From the IMG/VR virus record IMGVR_UViG_2695420876_000014: a DNA stretch of 40,323 nucleotides, one strand, 5' to 3'. Numbering within the stretch: the first letter of the stretch is position 1; every line of letters starts with the position of its first letter. The DNA comes from a virus (lineage: Duplodnaviria; Heunggongvirae; Uroviricota; Caudoviricetes). A program made the position numbers and the translations under genes. The notes beneath the pieces were generated by a model. That model saw only the letters and a list, made by a program, of their open reading frames with translations, did no database searches and was not told the origin of the DNA. Shown piece by piece: positions 8,022 to 15,668 of this stretch.

Positions 8022-8036
8022 GCGCTTTGTCAGCGC
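8022..8036 (-). promoter_or_regulatory. nutL boxB hairpin (minus-strand GCGCTGACAAAGCGC)
   Basis: Reverse complement of 8022-8036 is GCGCTGACAAAGCGC, a 5-bp stem with GACAA pentaloop as in P22 boxB; upstream of N in the leftward transcript. No convincing boxA was found next to it. Confidence 0.6.
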
Positions 8037-8107
8037 CGTAGATTCATATTCGAATCGTTGTATATTCACCGCCCTGGTGAGTAGTGCGTCCTGCTGATGG
8101 GTGAACT

Positions 8108-8160
8108 TTATCGGAATGATAAATTAATGGCAATAGCAAAATGATAAATTCTCTTGGTTT
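8108..8160. promoter_or_regulatory. OL/pL region with repeated ATGATAAAT operator-like half-sites
   Basis: ggaatgataaattaatgg and aaaatgataaattctc in an AT-rich gap upstream of nutL and N; the same motif recurs three times between cI and cro. Confidence 0.45.
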
Positions 8161-8330
8161 TCAAATATCGTATTGATTCTTATGGTGTTTTATTTTGTTG
8201 TAGGAATTCGACAGGATAAATAAAGAGATTTGAGGGAGATCTGGATTGCGTTGTTTAGCAAGTTGTATCTATTTATTTTTCAACAAATACAATTGGTTAT
8301 GTGTTTTTAGGTGTGGGGATCGTGAGGCAA

Positions 8331-8354
8331 AGAAAACCCGGCGCTGAGGCCGGG
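8331..8354 (-). terminator. rho-independent terminator ending the cI operon
   Basis: Minus-strand reading cccggcctcagcgccggg followed by ttttcttt, just downstream of the stop at 8363. Confidence 0.7.
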
Positions 8355-8362
8355 TTAATGCG

Positions 8363-8983
8363 TTAATGCTGGGGAGTGATTTTTTTGTTGTCTGTTGGCT
8401 GGGTATTTTGTGGCGGCGCTTGCAAAGTGGAAGGCTGTTGCAAAGGTACGTGGTCTGACTTTAAAGCTGATACCAGCCCGGGAATCGCAACTATTACAGC
8501 GATAATGACACTAAAAATGGCTAATCGTATAGAAATACCCGACTGAACACCACTAATTGCGGTATTAACCCCTGTTATTTGTCCTTGAATTCCTTCGAAT
8601 CTCCCATTAATTGCTTTTATATCGCCAGCAGCGCTATCCATCTTTCCATCGATCTTGGACGATAGAGAGCTTATGGCTGCATTAAGTGATGCAAATTGGA
8701 CATTAACGCTTTCACGAGATAGAGCCATGTCAGCCCTAATGGAAGAAGCAATAGACTCCATCTCTGCTTTATTAGCAGCTAAGCGAGCATCAAGTTCCTC
8801 TCTGCTGATCGTTCCCACTTCTTCCTCCGTTTGTGGCGGTTTTATGTAATTATTTTGCACCTTGGTGGGAGAATTATCAAATTCAGCCTCAAAATCGGAA
8901 CCGCCAACAACCTTCAACCTCCGGCTTTCAGATATGTTGGTGTCTTGCTTTCCATGATTATTTAAATTACTGTCGTCACTCAT
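8363..8983 (-). CDS. tail-anchored coiled-coil membrane protein of unknown function (third gene of the cI operon)
   Basis: 206 aa: polar N-terminus, long Ser/Ala-rich heptad-like middle, one C-terminal TM helix (IRLAIFSVIIAVIVAIPGLVSAL) and a Pro/Gln-rich tail; ATG overlaps the stop of the upstream gene (ATGA). Confidence 0.6.
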   Translation of the reverse strand: MSDDSNLNNHGKQDTNISESRRLKVVGGSDFEAEFDNSPTKVQNNYIKPPQTEEEVGTISREELDARLAANKAEMESIASSIRADMALSRESVNVQFASLNAAISSLSSKIDGKMDSAAGDIKAINGRFEGIQGQITGVNTAISGVQSGISIRLAIFSVIIAVIVAIPGLVSALKSDHVPLQQPSTLQAPPQNTQPTDNKKITPQH

Positions 8984-9468
8984 AATAGCTCTACGGTGAA
9001 AAATGATTCATTTTTATGAAGTTCATTTTTAGGGTCTTCATTATCTTGCAATATCCCTATAACACTATACAGCCCTTTAGCTGGGACCCTAATTTCTTTC
9101 AATGTTACTATTACCTGTCCGCCAACCCCTGTTTCAAAATGGCTATCTTTCGTATCGATGAAAAGTGAAACTGATTCCGAAGAGCCGTCAGGGAATTGAA
9201 TTTCCTCACCTTTTTTTATAATTAGGTGCGCGGGGATTACCATAATACCCAAATTATATCTTGAATTTGGTTTCAACCCGATCATACCAACCCTGAAATC
9301 AATTGATAGCCGCGCAGGAAATTCATTGCATGTAAAATTAAGCGTCGGTTGGTTGGGTTCTTCGCTGCTATCAAATGGGGTTATAAAAGATATTCTTTCT
9401 AAATTAAGTGCCATAAATTCTCCTGCATCGCTGTATGCTCTACGAGCATCTCTGCGATCATCCATCAT
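8980..9468 (-). CDS. hypothetical protein (second gene of the cI operon)
   Basis: 162-aa ORF; a better-supported start is the internal MALNLERISF at 9414 (aggag 8 nt upstream), giving 144 aa; no recognisable domain. Confidence 0.55.
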   Translation of the reverse strand: MMDDRRDARRAYSDAGEFMALNLERISFITPFDSSEEPNQPTLNFTCNEFPARLSIDFRVGMIGLKPNSRYNLGIMVIPAHLIIKKGEEIQFPDGSSESVSLFIDTKDSHFETGVGGQVIVTLKEIRVPAKGLYSVIGILQDNEDPKNELHKNESFFTVELL

Positions 9469-9484
9469 CCAAACGTCTCTTCAC

Positions 9485-9826
9485 TCATCCGAAGAAGCAG
9501 CAATCCGGGTCAGCACGCACAAGCTCAAGCGCATCAGTCAGCGAAAGTTCAGTACTGTACTGATGCCATTTCATATCCTTCCGCATCCAATAGATTTTCC
9601 ATCTATCCAGAGAACGTATGTACTTGATTCTTGCTGATGGCAGGATGTTTGTTTCACCTGGGTTGCCCTGCCACACGGGGCGCTGTTCGCCGATATCTAT
9701 CGTTTGGTCATTGATGCTATAAACAATATCCAGTTCATTGCGGATATGTTCAGGCGGCCTTATGCTTTCAATGAATTGGTGAACTTCTTTTTTGACCGCT
9801 TGATATTCAAGGTCAGTGAACGCCAT
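9485..9826 (-). CDS. hypothetical protein (first gene downstream of cI)
   Basis: 113-aa ORF MAFTDLEYQAVKKEVHQFIESIRPPEH... with a strong SD (gaggagg) 4 nt before the ATG; 60 nt downstream of the cI stop on the same strand. Confidence 0.6.
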   Translation of the reverse strand: MAFTDLEYQAVKKEVHQFIESIRPPEHIRNELDIVYSINDQTIDIGEQRPVWQGNPGETNILPSARIKYIRSLDRWKIYWMRKDMKWHQYSTELSLTDALELVRADPDCCFFG

Positions 9827-9886
9827 CTATCCTCCTCACCCAAACGTTTCTTCTGGCCACTGGTTACCAGCTATGTGACGATGAAG

Positions 9887-10591
9887 TCACGAACTTTTCA
9901 GCCACTCCCTTGCCTCGATGTCATCCAGATGGCGAGATTGCTTCAGAATACCAGCTACATACTCCACCTTTGCTACTTGATGATAAGGCAACGTTATAGG
10001 CCTGTGATCCTGGTTAATGCTTGTAAATTGGTATTCTCCATCTCTGTCATAGCCAAGAACCTTAATCATGTTGTGTCCTTCAACGGTTCTGACAAACACC
10101 TCATCACCCGGGAATACTTTGGTGTTAGGCTCAATGAGTACATATTCTCCTGATTTTATTCTGGGCCACATGCTGTCTCCTTTCACACGAAGACCAAAGG
10201 CATCTGGATCATCGCTATAAATTTTGAGCCACCCATCGCGCTCTTCGGTCATCTCGATGGCACCATCAACACCAAGAATTGCCTCACCAACCACGCGCAC
10301 TAACCCTTTTCTTACCTGACCGACAAAAGTTAAAGAATCTGAGCATGATGCAATTGGTGTTACATCATGTACCAAATCAAGCCACCCATTAGGTAACCCA
10401 AGCGCGGCTTCAAATTTTCTTGCTAGTTTATCCCCTATGTTTCGAGTGCTTTTTTCACCGGAGACTTGCGTGAGTTGAGAAGGGCTAACCCCAAGCTTAT
10501 CGGCAAAGCTTGCATTAGTGTTACCCGCGATTTTTTTATGCTCATCTAGCAAAAACGCCAGATTCGATTTGCGAATATCTTTGTTTTCCAT
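9887..10591 (-). CDS. cI: CI-like prophage repressor (N-terminal HTH, C-terminal S24 LexA-type autopeptidase)
   Basis: 234 aa; HTH-like FADKLGVSPSQLTQV and a C-terminal domain with VKGDSMWPRIKSGEYVLIEPN (catalytic Ser, with Lys downstream) typical of RecA-cleavable repressors; divergent from the cro-like gene. Confidence 0.9.
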   Translation of the reverse strand: MENKDIRKSNLAFLLDEHKKIAGNTNASFADKLGVSPSQLTQVSGEKSTRNIGDKLARKFEAALGLPNGWLDLVHDVTPIASCSDSLTFVGQVRKGLVRVVGEAILGVDGAIEMTEERDGWLKIYSDDPDAFGLRVKGDSMWPRIKSGEYVLIEPNTKVFPGDEVFVRTVEGHNMIKVLGYDRDGEYQFTSINQDHRPITLPYHQVAKVEYVAGILKQSRHLDDIEAREWLKSS

Positions 10592-10611
10592 CTCACAATT
10601 TTCCCTCTATT

Positions 10612-10672
10612 TAGCAAATGGATAAATACGCAATATGATAAATTTACATTGCGGATTATTTATCAAAATGGT
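10612..10672. promoter_or_regulatory. OR/pR/pRM region with three GATAAAT-type operator half-sites
   Basis: aaatggataaatacg, aatatgataaatttac and, inverted, attatttatcaaaatgg lie between the divergent cI and cro starts. Confidence 0.5.
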
Positions 10673-10704
10673 AAAGTTGTTCTGTGTGATAAACGGAGGC
10701 ACTA

Positions 10705-10938
10705 ATGAGTAATGAACTACTACGCTGGCGAAAAGAGGCTTCTAGTGAGGAATGGAAGCGACTCGCCGCATTAGCGAAAACTTCAGTTGGCTATCTTGAC
10801 CAGATTGCATATGGATTTCGAAGAGCTTCCCCTGATAAAGCGAATGCAATCGAAGAAGCTACTCGTAATTTCACGGGTTATAAACCTGTGAAAAAGGAAA
10901 ACCTAGTGTTCGTATCGCGTAGAGCATCGGCTGCATAA
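10705..10938 (+). CDS. cro: Cro-like HTH regulator
   Basis: 77-aa ORF divergent from cI, preceded by an SD (ggagg); contains an HTH-like segment (AKTSVGYLDQIAYGFRRAS). Confidence 0.55.
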   Translation: MSNELLRWRKEASSEEWKRLAALAKTSVGYLDQIAYGFRRASPDKANAIEEATRNFTGYKPVKKENLVFVSRRASAA

Positions 10939-10945
10939 GTAACAC

Positions 10946-10991
10946 CGCTCTTTTCACAATGGACATTCGTCCTACGTCGCTGACAAAGCGA
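10946..10991 (+). promoter_or_regulatory. nutR: boxA (cgctctttt) and P22-type boxB (tcgctgacaaagcga)
   Basis: boxA-like CGCTCTTTT at 10946-10954; hairpin with GACAA loop at 10977-10991; located between cro and cII on the rightward transcript. Confidence 0.6.
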
Positions 10992-11076
10992 GTCCCAATA
11001 TATCTGACCAACTAAGGCCATATGCGTTTCCACGCATACCTTTCAACTAGCTATTCACTATTGGAAATCTTAAGAA

Positions 11077-11376
11077 ATGGAACAAACAAGTTACAGCAAA
11101 CTATCACAGCGAGAAATTGATCGCGCTGAAACTGATTTACTCATCAACCTGTCAACGCTTACCCAGCGCGGTCTGGCAAAGATGATTGGCTGTCATGAAT
11201 CGAAGATAAGCAGAACGGACTGGAGATTTATTGCTTCGGTCTTGTGTGCTTTCGGAATGGCATCAGACATCAGTCCGATTAGCAGGGCTTTTAAGTATGC
11301 GCTTGATGAACTCACCAATAAAAAACGCCCGGTGTGCAAGACCGAGCGTTCTGAACAAATCAAGATGGAATTCTGA
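11077..11376 (+). CDS. cII: CII-like transcriptional activator
   Basis: 99 aa; C-terminus ELTNKKRPVCKTERSEQIKMEF closely resembles lambda CII (ILTNKKRPAATERSEQIQMEF); sits between cro and O. Confidence 0.8.
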   Translation: MEQTSYSKLSQREIDRAETDLLINLSTLTQRGLAKMIGCHESKISRTDWRFIASVLCAFGMASDISPISRAFKYALDELTNKKRPVCKTERSEQIKMEF

Positions 11377-11408
11377 GGTCATTACTGGATCTATCAACAG
11401 GAGTCATT

Positions 11409-12347
11409 ATGACAAATACAGCAAAAATACTCAACTTCGGCAGAAGTAACTTTGCCGGACAGGAGCGTAATGTGGCAGATCTCGATGATGGTTACGCCAG
11501 ACTATCAAATATGCTGATTGAGGCTTATTCAGGCGCAGATCTGACCAAGCGACAGTTTAAAGTGCTGCTTGCCATTCTGCGTAAAACCTATGGGTGGAAT
11601 AAACCAATGGACAGAATCACCGATTCTCAACTTAGCGAGATTACAAAGTTACCTGTCAAACGGTGCAATGAAGCCAAGTTAGAACTCGTCAGAATGAATA
11701 TTATCAAGCAGCAAGGCGGCATGTTTGGACCAAATAAAAACATCTCAGAATGGTGCATCCCTCAAAACGAGGGAGGTTCCCCTAAAATGAGGGACATCCC
11801 TCAAAACGAGGGAAAATCCCCTAAAACGAGGGATAAAACATCCCTCAAATTAGGGGATTGCTATCCCTCAAAACAGGGGGACACAAAAGACACTATTACA
11901 AAAGAAAAAAGAAAAGATTATTCGTCCGAGAATTCTGGCGAATCCTCTGACCAGCCAGAAAACGATCTTTCTGTGGTTAAACCGGATGCTGCAATTCAGA
12001 GCGGCAGCAAGTGGGGAACAGCAGAAGACCTGACCGCCGCAGAGTGGATGTTTGACATGGTGAAGACCATCGCACCATCAGCCAGAAAACCGAATTTTGC
12101 AGGGTGGGCTAACGATATCCGCCTGATGCGTGAACGTGACGGACGTAACCACCGCGACATGTGCGTGCTGTTCCGCTGGGCATGCCAGGACAACTTCTGG
12201 TCCGGTAACGTGCTAAGTCCGGCCAAACTCCGCGACAAGTGGACCCAACTCGAAATCAACCGTAACAAGCAACAGGCAGGCGTGACAGCCGGAAAACCAA
12301 AACTCGACCTGACAAACACTGACTGGATTTACGGGGTGGATTTATGA
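11409..12347 (+). CDS. O: replication initiator O (lambda type)
   Basis: 312 aa; MTNTAKILNFGRSNFAGQERNVADLDDGYARLSNML... recognised as lambda O, with an extra repeat-encoded segment (IPQNEGGSPKMRD) in the origin-binding region. Confidence 0.92.
   Translation: MTNTAKILNFGRSNFAGQERNVADLDDGYARLSNMLIEAYSGADLTKRQFKVLLAILRKTYGWNKPMDRITDSQLSEITKLPVKRCNEAKLELVRMNIIKQQGGMFGPNKNISEWCIPQNEGGSPKMRDIPQNEGKSPKTRDKTSLKLGDCYPSKQGDTKDTITKEKRKDYSSENSGESSDQPENDLSVVKPDAAIQSGSKWGTAEDLTAAEWMFDMVKTIAPSARKPNFAGWANDIRLMRERDGRNHRDMCVLFRWACQDNFWSGNVLSPAKLRDKWTQLEINRNKQQAGVTAGKPKLDLTNTDWIYGVDL
11757..11880. repeat. replication origin iterons inside the O gene, about six ~18-bp direct repeats of (A)TCCCTCAAAACGAGGGA
   Basis: Repeats begin near 11757, 11777, 11796, 11817, 11840 and 11862; each is an internal palindrome (tccctc...gaggga); an A-rich tract follows (11881-11925). 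Confidence 0.85.
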
Positions 12348-13045
12348 AAAACATCGCCGCACAGATGGTTAATTTTGACCGTGAGCAGATGCGTCGGATC
12401 GCCAACAACATGCCGGAACAGTACGACGAAAAGCCGCAGGTACAGCAGGTAGCGCAGATCATCAACGGTGTGTTCAGCCAGTTACTGGCAACTTTCCCGG
12501 CGAGCCTGGCTAACCGTGACCAGAACGAACTGAACGAAATCCGCCGCCAGTGGGTTCTGGCTTTCCGGGAAAACGGGATCACCACAATGGAACAGGTTAA
12601 CGCAGGAATGCGCGTAGCCCGTCGGCAGAATCGACCATTTCTGCCATCACCCGGGCAGTTTGTTGCATGGTGCCGGGAAGAAGCATCCGTTATCGCCGGA
12701 CTGCCAAACGTCAGCGAGCTGGTTGATATGGTTTACGAGTATTGCCGGAAGCGTGGCCTGTATCCGGATGCGGAGTCTTATCCGTGGAAATCAAACGCGC
12801 ACTACTGGCTGGTCACCAACCTGTATCAGAACATGCGGGCCAATGCGCTTACTGATGCGGAATTACGCCGTAAGGCTGCCGATGAACTGACCTGTATGAC
12901 AGCGCGAATTAACCGTGGTGAGACGATACCTGAACCAGTAAAACAACTTCCTGTCATGGGCGGCAGACCTCTAAATCGTGTTCAGGCGCTGGCGAAGATC
13001 GCAGAAATTAAAGCTAAGTTCGGACTGAAAGGAGCAAGTGTATGA
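12344..13045 (+). CDS. P: replication protein P (DnaB helicase loader, lambda type)
   Basis: 233 aa; MKNIAAQMVNFDREQMRRIANNMPEQYDEKPQVQQ... recognised as near-identical to lambda P; start overlaps the O stop. Confidence 0.95.
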   Translation: MKNIAAQMVNFDREQMRRIANNMPEQYDEKPQVQQVAQIINGVFSQLLATFPASLANRDQNELNEIRRQWVLAFRENGITTMEQVNAGMRVARRQNRPFLPSPGQFVAWCREEASVIAGLPNVSELVDMVYEYCRKRGLYPDAESYPWKSNAHYWLVTNLYQNMRANALTDAELRRKAADELTCMTARINRGETIPEPVKQLPVMGGRPLNRVQALAKIAEIKAKFGLKGASV

Positions 13046-13332
13046 CGGGCAAAGAGGCAATTATTCATTACCTGGGGACGCATAATAGCTTCTGTGCGCC
13101 GGACGTTGCCGCGTTAACAGGCGCAACAGTAACCAGCATAAATCAGGCCGCGGCTAAAATGGCACGGGCAGGTCTTCTGGTTATCGAAGGTAAGGTCTGG
13201 CGAACGGTGTATTACCGGTTTGCTACCAAGGAAGAACGGGAAGGAAAGATGAGCACGAACCTGATTTTTAAGGAGTGTTGCCAGAGTGCCGCGATGAAAC
13301 GGGTATTGGCGGTATATGGAGTTAAAAGATGA
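13042..13332 (+). CDS. ren: Ren (Rex exclusion escape protein)
   Basis: 96 aa; MTGKEAIIHYLGTHNSFCAPDVAALTGATVTSINQAAAKMARAGLL... recognised as lambda Ren. Confidence 0.9.
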   Translation: MTGKEAIIHYLGTHNSFCAPDVAALTGATVTSINQAAAKMARAGLLVIEGKVWRTVYYRFATKEEREGKMSTNLIFKECCQSAAMKRVLAVYGVKR

Positions 13333-13356
13333 CCATCTACATCACTGAGCTAATAA

Positions 13357-13389
13357 CAGGCCTGCTGGTAATCGCAGGCCTTTTTATTT
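13357..13389 (+). terminator. rho-independent terminator after ren (tR2-like)
   Basis: Hairpin aggcctgc...gcaggcct followed by tttttattt. Confidence 0.7.
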
Positions 13390-13404
13390 GGGGGAGAGTA
13401 AATC

Positions 13405-13611
13405 GTGGCTGAGTTAATTTTCTCTGCATTGAGGATTCTCGGTGCTATGTGGATGGTGTCGACGTTCATTGCGGTTGTCGGAAGTTTTGTCCGGTTGGTA
13501 GGCGAAGGTAAAGACCTGGTGGGTGTGCTTTTCGGTAGCATTCTCCTGTGGGTGATTATCGGTGTTGCGCCTGTCGCTGTAGCAAAAATGGCGTGGCGTT
13601 TTGTGAGTTGA
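13405..13611 (+). CDS. small two-TM membrane protein (GTG start)
   Basis: 68 aa, almost entirely hydrophobic; an SD (ggagag) precedes the GTG; sits immediately after the terminator. Confidence 0.4.
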   Translation: MAELIFSALRILGAMWMVSTFIAVVGSFVRLVGEGKDLVGVLFGSILLWVIIGVAPVAVAKMAWRFVS

Positions 13612-13628
13612 ACTGAGGATAAGTATCG

Positions 13629-13967
13629 ATGGACGAATCAAGAAAGCAGTTTGAAGAAAGTTGGTTGCGACGTGGAGGCGAATCCTCAGACCTTATCCGT
13701 TACCCTGAAAATCACCATGAAATTGGCAGCGGTAATATTGGTGGTCAATACGTGATGGACGATGTTCAAGGCCACTGGCAAACGTGGCAGGCATCGCGAG
13801 CAGCTATTGAACTGGATATCGACTGGCCCGAATCGAATGACAACTTTTGGAAAGGTGGCGAAGAAGGCGCTTATGCGATGGGGCATGAGGATGGGAAGGA
13901 CAAAACGGTAATTGCAGTGATGAAAGCCATCAGGGCCGCAGGAATCAAAGAAAAGAATTTCGATTAA
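13629..13967 (+). CDS. hypothetical nin-region protein
   Basis: 112-aa ORF with an SD (gagga); no family recognised. Confidence 0.5.
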   Translation: MDESRKQFEESWLRRGGESSDLIRYPENHHEIGSGNIGGQYVMDDVQGHWQTWQASRAAIELDIDWPESNDNFWKGGEEGAYAMGHEDGKDKTVIAVMKAIRAAGIKEKNFD

Positions 13968-14099
13968 GCAAATATCACTTCAATAAATCGCTTTTAAGGC
14001 ATCACAATCGCTCTGTGGTGAGGTAAGCACGTGCAAGGCATGCCGATAAGCAGCGAGAATGAAAAATGCGTCAGAATGCGTTTGAGGAGGTTTTAAGAA

Positions 14100-14315
14100 A
14101 TGAGTACGATAGCTGAGCTTGTCAGGGCTAATTTTCGTGAAGAGTTGGTGCGTTGGTATCGGTATCGTTCATCGTCCAGTTTGCCGCTTGATGAGTTGTA
14201 TGAGCATTCACCTGCCGCACGACGCTATCCGCGTGACCGTGTTCTTCGACGGTTGTTCAAACTCAACAATGAGTTTCAGCGCAACAGAATTATCCGGAGT
14301 CTGGATTTTAAGTGA
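14100..14315 (+). CDS. hypothetical small nin-region protein
   Basis: 71-aa ORF preceded by a strong SD (gaggagg). Confidence 0.5.
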   Translation: MSTIAELVRANFREELVRWYRYRSSSSLPLDELYEHSPAARRYPRDRVLRRLFKLNNEFQRNRIIRSLDFK

Positions 14316-14325
14316 AGGAGTGAGC

Positions 14326-14562
14326 ATGAGCGACCTATCATTAACCCAGCCAAAGCTAAAAGAATGTCCGTTTTGCGGCGGTAATGCTCGTCTGTGGGTT
14401 GAGGCCGGAATAAATATTGATGTGTGGGGCTATGCAGAATGTGACCTCTGTGAAGCCAGGGGGGCATGGGCACCATCAGTTGCTGCGGCGGCTGAAAAAT
14501 GGAACCGGAGAGCAGGAGATGAAGCAAACCTTTCTGCTTCGCAACGAAGCAATCAGAAATAA
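14326..14562 (+). CDS. Lar-family restriction alleviation protein (zinc-ribbon)
   Basis: Track ORF 14119..14562 trimmed to MSDLSLTQPKLKECPFCGGNARLW... (SD aaggag); the CPFCGG...C..C pattern is typical of Lar-like proteins; overlaps the ninB start by 44 nt. Confidence 0.55.
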   Translation: MSDLSLTQPKLKECPFCGGNARLWVEAGINIDVWGYAECDLCEARGAWAPSVAAAAEKWNRRAGDEANLSASQRSNQK

Positions 14563-14965
14563 CGCCATAGACGCCATTCTCTCACTACCCATCGACGACA
14601 AGTCACCCCACGAAGTCCACGTTAAAGAACCCAAGCGCAGCAAAGCGCAGAATGACCGTATGTGGCCGATGCTGAACGATGTTTCGCGTCAGGTGCTATG
14701 GCATGGTCAACGGCTGGCGCCGGAAGACTGGAAAGACCTGTTCACTGCCCTGTGGCTTAAGACCAAAAAACTGGAGCAACGAAGTGTGCCTGGTATCGAC
14801 GGTGGCGTTGTCATGCTTGGCGTGCGTACCAGCAAAATGCGGAAGGCCAGCATGACTGAGCTTATCGAAATCATGTTCTGGTTCGGCTCAGAGCGCAACG
14901 TGCGGTGGAGTGATGACTCCTGGCGAGAGTATGAATGGTCACAACGAAAAGGGAGAGCTGCATGA
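14519..14965 (+). CDS. ninB: NinB/Orf family recombination protein
   Basis: Track ORF 14417..14965 trimmed to MKQTFLLRNEAIRNNAIDAILSLP...; resembles lambda NinB (...DQNRKLWACLGDVSRQVEWHGRWL...). Confidence 0.8.
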   Translation: MKQTFLLRNEAIRNNAIDAILSLPIDDKSPHEVHVKEPKRSKAQNDRMWPMLNDVSRQVLWHGQRLAPEDWKDLFTALWLKTKKLEQRSVPGIDGGVVMLGVRTSKMRKASMTELIEIMFWFGSERNVRWSDDSWREYEWSQRKGRAA

Positions 14966-15489
14966 CTATCAAATCAAATACGCCATCACACGACAAGGAC
15001 TGCTGGCAAACGCCGCTTTGGCTTTTTGATGCACTGGATATTGAGTTTGGATTCTGGCTGGATTCGGCAGCGAGCGACAAAAATGCTCTGTGTGCTCACT
15101 GGCTAACTGAGGCCGACGACGCGCTCAATTCTGAGTGGGTAAGCCACGGTGCAATCTGGAATAACCCACCGTACAGCAATATCAGGCCGTGGGTGGAAAA
15201 AGCCGCTGAGCAGTGCATACGACAGCGACAGACGGTAGTGATGCTTGTGCCAGAGGATATGTCAGTCGGATGGTTCAGCAAGGCTCTGGAGAGTGTCGAC
15301 GAAGTTCGCATTATCACTGATGGACGGATTAATTTTATCGAACCATCGACAGGGCTGGAGAAGAAGGGAAACAGCAAAGGCTCCATGCTGCTGATTTGGC
15401 GACCGTTCATCAGTCCTCGACGGATGTTTACTACCGTATCCAAAGCGGCATTGATGGCGATCGGGCAGGGCGTCAGGAGGGCGGAATGA
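14962..15489 (+). CDS. phage DNA N6-adenine methyltransferase (Dam-like)
   Basis: Start re-assigned to [25 protein letters not shown]... (SD aagggagag; ATGA overlap with the ninB stop); contains the NPPY catalytic motif ([10 protein letters not shown]). Confidence 0.8.
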   Translation: MTIKSNTPSHDKDCWQTPLWLFDALDIEFGFWLDSAASDKNALCAHWLTEADDALNSEWVSHGAIWNNPPYSNIRPWVEKAAEQCIRQRQTVVMLVPEDMSVGWFSKALESVDEVRIITDGRINFIEPSTGLEKKGNSKGSMLLIWRPFISPRRMFTTVSKAALMAIGQGVRRAE

Positions 15490-15668
15490 GGCGACAGCAA
15501 CGAAGTATCACCGACATAATCTGCGAAAACTGCAAATACCTTCCAACGAAACGCTCCAGAAATAAACGCAAGCCAATCCCAAAAGAATCTGACGTAAAAA
15601 CCTTCAACTACACGGCTCACCTGTGGGATATCCGGTGGCTTAGAGAACGTGCGAGGAAAACAAGGTGA
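15486..15668 (+). CDS. ninE: NinE
   Basis: 60-aa reading [60 protein letters not shown] recognised as lambda NinE; ATGA overlap with the methyltransferase stop. Confidence 0.8.
   Translation: MRRQQRSITDIICENCKYLPTKRSRNKRKPIPKESDVKTFNYTAHLWDIRWLRERARKTR

Noticed and set aside
11757-11880. Possibility that the short direct repeats are a CRISPR array
   Set aside because: The repeats are ~18 bp with ~2-bp spacers, lie inside the O reading frame and match lambda-type origin iterons; there are no unique spacers or cas genes.
11996-12585. Minus-strand ORFs antisense to the O and P genes
   Set aside because: Antisense to two genes recognised with high confidence; shadow ORFs.
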